A stretch of 64,000 nucleotides of DNA from an uncultured Dehalococcoidia bacterium (GTDB lineage: Bacteria; Chloroflexota; Dehalococcoidia; Lucifugimonadales; Australimonadaceae): the NCBI GenBank assembly GCA_964560025.1, contig CAZLKC010000002.1, positions 109,443 to 173,442 of the forward strand. The letters are read 5' to 3'. This document shows positions 58,367 through 64,000 of the stretch, one piece after another. Position 1 is the first letter of the stretch. Each line of letters begins with the position of its first letter. Position numbers and translations under genes: made by a program. The notes below the pieces were generated by a model. It was not told the DNA's origin. It worked only from the letters and a program-made list of their open reading frames with translations, and made no database searches.

Positions 58367-58372
58367 ATTATA
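58367..58372 (-). promoter_or_regulatory. TATAAT -10 box upstream of yceD-rpmF-fabD
   Basis: Complement reads TATAAT, 27 nt upstream of ATG 58339. GGAG lies 5 nt before the ATG. Confidence 0.4.
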
Positions 58373-58400
58373 CAGCCTCCGCGCCCGCCGCTCGCCTCAG

Positions 58401-58662
58401 CCCCGGCCGTGATTTTCGTGGAAAAGTGCACCAAAGTGCCCTATTCACGCGTGGGAGTGGGCGCCGAGGCGCCATGAAAAGGCGCGTCTGCGGGGCAAAT
58501 TGGCGGCGGATGAGGGCGGGGGCGTAGCACATTTGGGCAGGGGGCTTGGCCGCCTCGGGTCGGCGGCGGAGGAGAACGGAGAGGAGCAGCCGGATGAGGG
58601 CGCGGGCGTTCATAGGGGTAGGGTTTCATAGGCGCGCCGTTTGCGCAACGGGCGGATGTCAT
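58401..58662 (-). repeat. Copy 2 of the 262-nt intergenic element (inverted relative to 7593-7854)
   Basis: See copy 1. On the minus strand it reads in the direction of the flanking genes, between hairpin repeat copy 3 and the yceD promoter. Confidence 0.6.
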
Positions 58663-58680
58663 AGAAGCGTCTGGAGTGTT

Positions 58681-58708
58681 CGCCCTTCGAGTTCCCTCAG
58701 GGCGAGCG
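58681..58708. repeat. Copy 3 of short dispersed hairpin repeat (CGCCCTTCGAGTTCCCTCAGGGCGAGCG)
   Basis: 12 nt from the stop (58721) of the minus-strand CocE-family gene. Confidence 0.6.
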
Positions 58709-58720
58709 GGAAGAGGCTAG

Positions 58721-60472
58721 TTAGGCGGGGATGATGGGGAGGGTGAGGCGGGAGGGGTGTTGAAGAGTGTGCCAGACGGTTTGGACGGCGGGGCGCATCT
58801 GCGTCGCCAGCGAGGGTTCTTCGCCGGTGTTGGGGTTGCGGTCGAAGCGGGGGAAGTTGCTGCTGGAGACCTCGACGCGGATGCGGCGGCCTTTCTTGAA
58901 GATGTTGCTGGTGGTCCACAGGTCGATGCGGTATTCGACCGGCTCGCCGGGCGTGATGAAGTCGGCACTCTCCGTGCCGTTGCGGTAACGGGCGCGCACG
59001 ATGCCGTCGGTCAGGCCGACGGCGCAGTCGCCCGCCTCGCACACGTCCACGAGTTTGGCGGTGAAGTCGGTGTCGGGCGCGTCGGTGGAGGCGTAGAGGG
59101 TGAGGGAGACGGGGCCGGTTACTTCGATGTCGTGCTCCAGCGGCGGCGTGGTGTAGCAGAGCACGTCGGGGCGGCGCTCGATGGCGGAGTGGTCGAAGGG
59201 GCCGCCGGGCAGGAGCGCGGGGTAGCAGCAGAGGCCGCCGCCGTTGGTGGGAACGGGGTCGGCGGGGTCGTAGACGAAGGAGTCGGGCGGCTCTTCGCCG
59301 GGCGGTTCGACGGAGAGGAGGCCGTCACCGCCGGAGGTGTTGGCGTTTCCGGCGGAGTGGAGGTAGTAGTCGGCGTACTCCGTGCGCGCCAACGGCCACT
59401 CCTGCTCGGCGCGCCACCTGTTCGCGCCCATCACGAAGATGCGCACGGGCGGATCGTCGGGCACGCCGTTGTCTTCGCCCTTGAGCCAGTAGTCCCACCA
59501 GCGCAGATGCTCGGCGAGCAGGTCGAGGCCGAGGGCGGTCGCGGCGACGCCGAAGTACTGCGCGCCGGAGGCGGCCATAGCGATGGTGGTGTGCGACCAG
59601 GGGCCGATGATGAGACGCTGGCCGCTGCGCGCCTGTTCGGTCGCGCCGTTGGCGCGCATGCCGGTGAAGTTGCCGATGGTGCCGCCGAGGAAGATGTCGA
59701 ACCAGCCGCCGATGTTCAGGGCGGGCGTGGTGATCTGCGAGTGGTGGTCGGCGATGCGCACCTGGCGCCAGTAGTCGTCGAGCGTCGGATGGCGCTGCCA
59801 CTCGAAGAAGAAGGGGCTTTGGGCAGGGTCGAGGTGCGGCAGCCGGGCGGGGGCGTCGTCGCCGAGGCTGTGGGGGAGGCGGTCGATGGCGGCGGCGAGG
59901 CGCTCGCGGTCGCCTTCGCGCACGCGCCCGTTGCGCTCGAGGTTGGCCAGGTTGGCCATCGTGAGCGCCTGGAGCGACCAGGATCCCGCGAAGCCCAGTT
60001 GGAAGGCGCCGCCCTGATAGGTCCAGCCCTCGTAGTAGTCGTCGGAGGTTACGGTGGGCGCGATGCAGGCGAGGGCGGGATGGCGTCGCGCGGCGGCGAG
60101 CCACTGGGTGGCGCCAACGTAGGAGGCGCCGTAGGTTCCGACCTTGCCTGCGCTCCAGGGTTGGCTGGCGCACCAATCGACGGTGTCGTAGCCGTCGTCC
60201 AACTCCTGGTGGAAGGGGGCGAACTCGCCGTCGGCGCCGTGGCGGCCGCGCACGTCCACGATGACGACGGCGTAGCCGCGCTGCGCGACGTAGACGGGCA
60301 TAACGACATGGTTGCCGCGCCGCTCCCAGCGGTTATAGGGCGTGCGCTCGAGGATGACGGGGAAGCGCCCCGGCGCGTCGGGGCGGTAGACGTCCGCGCG
60401 CAGGACAACGCCGTCGCGCATAGCGACGGGCACGCCCGATTCGACCTTGATGGTGTAGAGGTGGTCTGTCAT
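58721..60472 (-). CDS. CocE/NonD family hydrolase (S15 X-Pro dipeptidyl-peptidase-like)
   Basis: TPYNR, nucleophile GASYVGATQW, C-terminal jelly-roll domain. 583 aa. Confidence 0.85.
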   Translation of the reverse strand: MTDHLYTIKVESGVPVAMRDGVVLRADVYRPDAPGRFPVILERTPYNRWERRGNHVVMPVYVAQRGYAVVIVDVRGRHGADGEFAPFHQELDDGYDTVDWCASQPWSAGKVGTYGASYVGATQWLAAARRHPALACIAPTVTSDDYYEGWTYQGGAFQLGFAGSWSLQALTMANLANLERNGRVREGDRERLAAAIDRLPHSLGDDAPARLPHLDPAQSPFFFEWQRHPTLDDYWRQVRIADHHSQITTPALNIGGWFDIFLGGTIGNFTGMRANGATEQARSGQRLIIGPWSHTTIAMAASGAQYFGVAATALGLDLLAEHLRWWDYWLKGEDNGVPDDPPVRIFVMGANRWRAEQEWPLARTEYADYYLHSAGNANTSGGDGLLSVEPPGEEPPDSFVYDPADPVPTNGGGLCCYPALLPGGPFDHSAIERRPDVLCYTTPPLEHDIEVTGPVSLTLYASTDAPDTDFTAKLVDVCEAGDCAVGLTDGIVRARYRNGTESADFITPGEPVEYRIDLWTTSNIFKKGRRIRVEVSSSNFPRFDRNPNTGEEPSLATQMRPAVQTVWHTLQHPSRLTLPIIPA

Positions 60473-60504
60473 AGCGTCGCCCCCGTAGGCGCCGATGATA
60501 GCGC

Positions 60505-60903
60505 CTAGCGGGCGTGGGGCTTGGCGAGGGCTGCGCGGATGGCGGCTGAGATATCGGCGGCGCGGGCGCCGGGGCCGAACACGGCGGCGACGCCCATCTC
60601 CAACAGGGCGCGGCGGTCGGCTTCGGGGATGATTCCGCCCGCCATAACGGGGACGGCGCCGAGGCCGCGCTCCTCCAGCGCGTCGAGCACGCGGGGGGTG
60701 AGCGTCATATGCGCGCCGGAGAGCATGCTGAGGCCGACTAACTCGGCGCCGAATCGTTGCGCCTCGTCGGCGATCTCGGCAGGGGTGCGGCGGATGCCAG
60801 TGTAGGCGACATCGAAGCCCGCATCGCGCAAAGCGCGCACGAGCACGAGGGCGCCGCGGTCGTGGCCGTCGAGGCCGGGCTTGGCGATGAGGACGCGCGG
60901 CAT
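60505..60903 (-). CDS. Cobalamin-binding domain protein (methylmalonyl-CoA mutase small/C-terminal subunit type)
   Basis: KPGLDGHDRG (DxHxxG B12 motif), SMLSGAH, GGIIP. Confidence 0.85.
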   Translation of the reverse strand: MPRVLIAKPGLDGHDRGALVLVRALRDAGFDVAYTGIRRTPAEIADEAQRFGAELVGLSMLSGAHMTLTPRVLDALEERGLGAVPVMAGGIIPEADRRALLEMGVAAVFGPGARAADISAAIRAALAKPHAR

Positions 60904-60912
60904 CGCGGGCGA

Positions 60913-61338
60913 TTAGTCCTCCGCGAAGGGCTGCACCAGTTCGATGAGCGCGCCATAGGTCTCAGACGGCTGGATAAAGGCGATCCGTCCGGTGACGCCT
61001 TGGCGGGGCATTTGGTCGATCATCTGCACGCCGAGCTCCTTGAGCTGCTCCACCTTGGCGTCCACGTCGTCCACGTTGAGGGCGAGGTGATGGAGGCCTT
61101 CGCCGCGCTTGGCGATGAAGCGGGCAAGGTCGCTGTCGGGGTCGGTGGGTTCGAGCAGTTCGATGTGCGTCTCGCCCTGGACGATGATGGCGATGCGGAG
61201 GGGAAGGAAGTCGGGCTCGAGGACGCGCGTCTCAGGGGAGTCGAAGAGCGCGCGATAGAGGCGGAGCGTGGCCTCGATGTTGCGGACGGCGACGCCGACG
61301 TGGTTGACGGAGCCGACGACGCAAGGGGGGGTGTTCAT
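60913..61338 (-). CDS. mce: Methylmalonyl-CoA epimerase (VOC family)
   Basis: VNHVGVAV, IELLEP, GEGLHHLAL, GALIELVQ. ATG 61338 lies 6 nt downstream of TACAAT. The ORF track extends to 61428. Confidence 0.85.
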   Translation of the reverse strand: MNTPPCVVGSVNHVGVAVRNIEATLRLYRALFDSPETRVLEPDFLPLRIAIIVQGETHIELLEPTDPDSDLARFIAKRGEGLHHLALNVDDVDAKVEQLKELGVQMIDQMPRQGVTGRIAFIQPSETYGALIELVQPFAED

Positions 61339-61344
61339 AGGGGG

Positions 61345-61350
61345 ATTGTA
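61345..61350 (-). promoter_or_regulatory. TACAAT -10 box placed for a leaderless mce transcript
   Basis: Complement reads TACAAT. Exactly 6 nt separate it from ATG 61338. Confidence 0.4.
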
Positions 61351-61530
61351 CGCCGGGGGGAATGGAGGCGTGTTTGCCGCACCCCTTATCCGTTGCTCCA
61401 GCGGAGGCGGGAGCCTCGACACGGCCAAGCCCTGCTACGCAAAGAGAGCCCTGCTGCGTACGGGAGGAGGGGAGCGGAATGCGCATGTCGGCGGGGAAAA
61501 TTTCGGAGATGCGGGGCGCCTCAGGCCGAG

Positions 61531-61550
61531 GTTCCTGCCTACGCAGGAAC
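61531..61550. other. 8-bp stem / tetraloop hairpin GTTCCTGC-CTAC-GCAGGAAC
   Basis: Lies in the 300-nt gap between the lipoprotein gene and mce. Confidence 0.4.
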
Positions 61551-61587
61551 GACAGATGGGGAAGGCGGGAGCTGCGGAGAAGAAGGG

Positions 61588-61611
61588 CGCCCTTCGAGTT
61601 CCCTCAGGGCG
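61588..61611. repeat. Copy 4 of short dispersed hairpin repeat (CGCCCTTCGAGTTCCCTCAGGGCG)
   Basis: 27 nt from the stop (61639) of the minus-strand lipoprotein gene. Overlaps the 14-bp palindrome GAAGGGCGCCCTTC (61582-61595). Confidence 0.6.
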
Positions 61612-61638
61612 AGTGAAGGACGGAGGGGGAAGGAGGGG

Positions 61639-62364
61639 TCAGACGGTGCGGTGGGAGCGGCGGGCGAGAAGGATGACTACGGCGATGAGCGCGACGGCGC
61701 CCGCTATGCCGATGGCTAGGATTGCCCAATCGCTGAGGCCGCCCGGGGGCTGGCTGCGCGCGCTGAAGGTTCGCGGCTCTGTGCTTGTCAGGTCGAGGTC
61801 CCAGACGAGTTCGTCGTCTTCGACGCGGTCGGCGTTGTGGTCGGCAATCTCGCCGGGCAGGGCGAGGCGAACAGTGTATGAGGCATTGGCAAGGAACGAG
61901 CCGAACTGGTCGAGAGCGTCTTCGTCGCCCACTTCATCTGCCAACGCTTCGCCTGGCGGCGGGATCATCATCGAGAAGCGCCAACCGTCGCCTTCGCGGG
62001 CCAACTCCAACTCGCCGACGCCCCCGTCCAGGTCATCGTCTCCCGCCAGCAACTGCTGGAGCTGCTCCATGTCGGAGACCTCGATGCTCACGCGCTGCCC
62101 CGTGAAACCGTCTTGGCTGTACTCCTCGACAACCGTGCCCAGCGGGATGTCGCCGAGGCCGAAAAGGTCGCCTTCGGGTGTTTCGCCCGCCATGCCGGCG
62201 AAGGAGTCTTCAAAGGCCATTACGGTGCTGAAGACACCGGAGCCGTCCTCGTTCACTCTGATGGACAATTCGACGCGGAAGCAGCCGGTGAGCGCGAGGG
62301 AGCAGAGGGCGAGCAGCAGCGCCGTTGAGAGTAGGCGAGGACGCGGGGAGCCGATCGTGCGCAT
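61639..62364 (-). CDS. Lipoprotein with C-terminal TM anchor (LppM/DUF3153-like)
   Basis: Lipobox LTGC, acidic soluble domain, C-terminal helix WAILAIGIAGAVALIAVVILLA followed by RRSHR. Confidence 0.6.
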   Translation of the reverse strand: MRTIGSPRPRLLSTALLLALCSLALTGCFRVELSIRVNEDGSGVFSTVMAFEDSFAGMAGETPEGDLFGLGDIPLGTVVEEYSQDGFTGQRVSIEVSDMEQLQQLLAGDDDLDGGVGELELAREGDGWRFSMMIPPPGEALADEVGDEDALDQFGSFLANASYTVRLALPGEIADHNADRVEDDELVWDLDLTSTEPRTFSARSQPPGGLSDWAILAIGIAGAVALIAVVILLARRSHRTV

Positions 62365-62405
62365 AGGCCGATGCTATACCGGCGCGGGCGCTTGGCGTAA
62401 GGGGT

Positions 62406-63557
62406 TTAGGGCGCGGCATCGCGGAGGAGGGCGCGGGCGATGACGATGCGCTGCACCTCGCTCGCGCCCTCGTAGATCTCGGTTACGCGCTGGTCGCGGT
62501 AGAGGCGTTCGACGGGGCTGTCGCGGAAGTAGCCGTAGCCGCCGTGAAGTTGGAGCGCCCTGTCGCAGGCGAAGTTGGCGGCCTCGGAGGCGTAGAGCTT
62601 GGCCATGGCCGCCTCTTTGTTGATGGGCAGGCCCGCGTCCTTGAGTTGGGCGGCGCGGCGCGTCAGCAGGCGCGCGGCATCGAGCCGGGTGGCCATATCG
62701 GCGAGCATGAACTGGACGGCCTGGCGCTCGGCGAGGGGTTCGCCGAAGGTGCGGCGCTGCCGGACGTGGGTAGTCGCGGCGTCGAGCGCGGCCTGGCCGA
62801 TGCCGACGGCCTGCGCGGCGATGGAGATGCGGCTGGAGTCGATGACGCTGAGGGCGATGCGGAAGCCCGCGCCCTCTTCGCTGAGGCGATTGGCGGCGGG
62901 GACGCGGCAGGCGTCGAAGGCGAGTTCGGCGGTGGAGGATGCGCGGATGCCCATCTTGCCCTTCTGGGGCATGACAGCGAGGCCCGGCGCGCCCTTCTCG
63001 ACGACGATGGCGGAGACGCCGCGGCGCCCGGCGGCGGGGTCGGTGGCGGCGAAGACGACGGTCAGGTCCGCCTCGGGGCCGTTGGTGATGAAGGTCTTTG
63101 CGCCGTCGAGGACGTAGTGGTCCCCGTCGCGGACGGCGCGGGTCTGCATATCGCCCGCGTCGCTGCCGGAGGAGGGTTCGGTGAGCGCGAAGGCGCCGAG
63201 CGTCTCTCCCGCCGCCATAGACGGCAACCAGCGGCTGCGCTGGGCGTCGTCGCCGTAGCGCGCGACGCACTCGGCGGCGAGGGAGAGGTGGGTGAGGTGG
63301 ATGACGCTGGTGGCGGCGCAGGCGCGGGCGATCTCCTCGATGGCGACGGCGAGTTGGGCGCAGGAGGCGCCCGCGCCGCCGTACTCCTCGCCGAGGGCGA
63401 GGCCCATCAGGCCGAGGGCGGAGAGTTGGGCGACGTTGTCCCAGGGAAAGGTTTCGGTCGCGTCGTACTCGGCGGCGCGGGGGGCGAGTTCGCGGTTGGC
63501 GAACTCGCGCACGGAGGCGCGCAGCATCCGCTCTTCCTCGGTCAACAGCGCGTCCAA
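62406..63557 (-). CDS. Acyl-CoA dehydrogenase
   Basis: Typical ACAD N-terminal, middle and C-terminal domains (LTEPSSGSD, YEGASEVQ). TTG start with GGAGGG upstream. Confidence 0.9.
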   Translation of the reverse strand: MDALLTEEERMLRASVREFANRELAPRAAEYDATETFPWDNVAQLSALGLMGLALGEEYGGAGASCAQLAVAIEEIARACAATSVIHLTHLSLAAECVARYGDDAQRSRWLPSMAAGETLGAFALTEPSSGSDAGDMQTRAVRDGDHYVLDGAKTFITNGPEADLTVVFAATDPAAGRRGVSAIVVEKGAPGLAVMPQKGKMGIRASSTAELAFDACRVPAANRLSEEGAGFRIALSVIDSSRISIAAQAVGIGQAALDAATTHVRQRRTFGEPLAERQAVQFMLADMATRLDAARLLTRRAAQLKDAGLPINKEAAMAKLYASEAANFACDRALQLHGGYGYFRDSPVERLYRDQRVTEIYEGASEVQRIVIARALLRDAAP

Positions 63558-63570
63558 GCGTGCGCCCTCC

Positions 63571-63576
63571 TATAAT
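63571..63576 (+). promoter_or_regulatory. TATAAT -10 box upstream of rsmI
   Basis: Perfect TATAAT, 15 nt before ATG 63592. Implies a very short leader without an SD. Confidence 0.4.
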
Positions 63577-63591
63577 CGCGACGGGAGCATT

Positions 63592-64000
63592 ATGCCAGGC
63601 ACGCTGTACGTCGTCGCTACGCCTATCGGAAATCTCGAAGACCTGACGTTGCGGGCGGCGCGCGTCCTAGGGGAGGTTGCGCTGGTGGCGGCGGAGGACA
63701 CGCGGTCGGCGCGCGTCTTGCTGCGCCACGTTGGGGCGTCGCCGAAGGTGGTGCGCTCCGACGCGCACGCGGAGGCGAAGCAGACGCCGCGCATTTTGGC
63801 GGCGCTGGAGGCGGGCCAGGACGTGGCGCTGATTACGGACGCAGGGGCGCCGGGAGTGAGCGATCCGGGCGGGGCGCTGGTGCGCGCGGCGGCGGAGGCG
63901 GGCTACCGCGTATCGCCGCTGCCGGGGCCGTCGGCGGTGACGGCGGCGTTGGCGGCGGCGGGCGTTGCCGCCGACCGCTTCCGCTTTCTGGGATTCCCGC
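63592..64000 (+). CDS. rsmI: 16S rRNA (cytidine1402-2'-O)-methyltransferase RsmI (partial, runs off the window)
   Basis: GTLYVVATPIGNLEDLTLRA, AEDTR, DAGAPGVSDPG, GPSA. Confidence 0.88.
   Translation, partial: MPGTLYVVATPIGNLEDLTLRAARVLGEVALVAAEDTRSARVLLRHVGASPKVVRSDAHAEAKQTPRILAALEAGQDVALITDAGAPGVSDPGGALVRAAAEAGYRVSPLPGPSAVTAALAAAGVAADRFRFLGFP

Noticed and set aside
61331-61345. GTTCATAGGGG shared between the mce start region and the core of the 262-nt element (58606-58616).
   Set aside because: Only about 11 nt match, and the flanks are unrelated. It is most likely coincidence around a CCCCTATGAAC start context.

Overview
GC-rich (by eye about two-thirds G+C) bacterial chromosomal segment. 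It is densely coding, with about 60 protein genes. I found no rRNA, tRNA, CRISPR array, transposase, integrase or phage gene. All calls come from reading the ORF-track translations for family motifs and reading the DNA by eye; no database search was possible.

Gene content:
- Mostly housekeeping: proVWX-type betaine ABC importer, ABC-2 exporter pair, CopA Cu-ATPase, HtpX, aminotransferase, RmuC, MoeA, PheT, class I FBA and GlpX.
- Also lpd-pdhABC, AcsA, S21, Dtd, RuvC/RuvA, UvrB, a DUF59 + Mrp Fe-S pair, FtsK, RNase J, family-4 UDG, and yceD-rpmF-fabD-nusB-acpP.
- Also a CocE/NonD hydrolase, a B12-binding mutase subunit + methylmalonyl-CoA epimerase, acyl-CoA dehydrogenase and RsmI.
- Many long ORFs in the track are GC-driven antisense or off-frame artefacts, and I did not call them.

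Most noteworthy observations:
1. A cluster of two alpha-only Rieske oxygenases, an FAH-family hydrolase and a cytoplasmic PAL-like (peptidyl-alpha-hydroxyglycine lyase-like) NHL propeller at 35.5-40.3 kb. It might be an uncharacterised oxidative N-C(alpha) cleavage pathway; this is a hypothesis only.
2. Two diverged 262-nt copies of an unannotated intergenic element in inverted orientation (7593-7854 and 58401-58662).
3. A roughly 25-nt hairpin repeat family with four copies, each just 3' of a minus-strand gene.
4. A lower-GC islet (rmuC, a disrupted HKD/PLD nuclease and an orphan gene) and a decayed vapBC-like module. All three premature stops in these genes are in-frame TGA.
5. A perfect 9-bp inverted repeat overlapping the promoter of the DUF59/Mrp genes.
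6. Several apparently leaderless genes that share the same geometry: -10 hexamer, 6 nt, ATG.

I cannot show that any of these is a new system. Each needs the searches listed with it.
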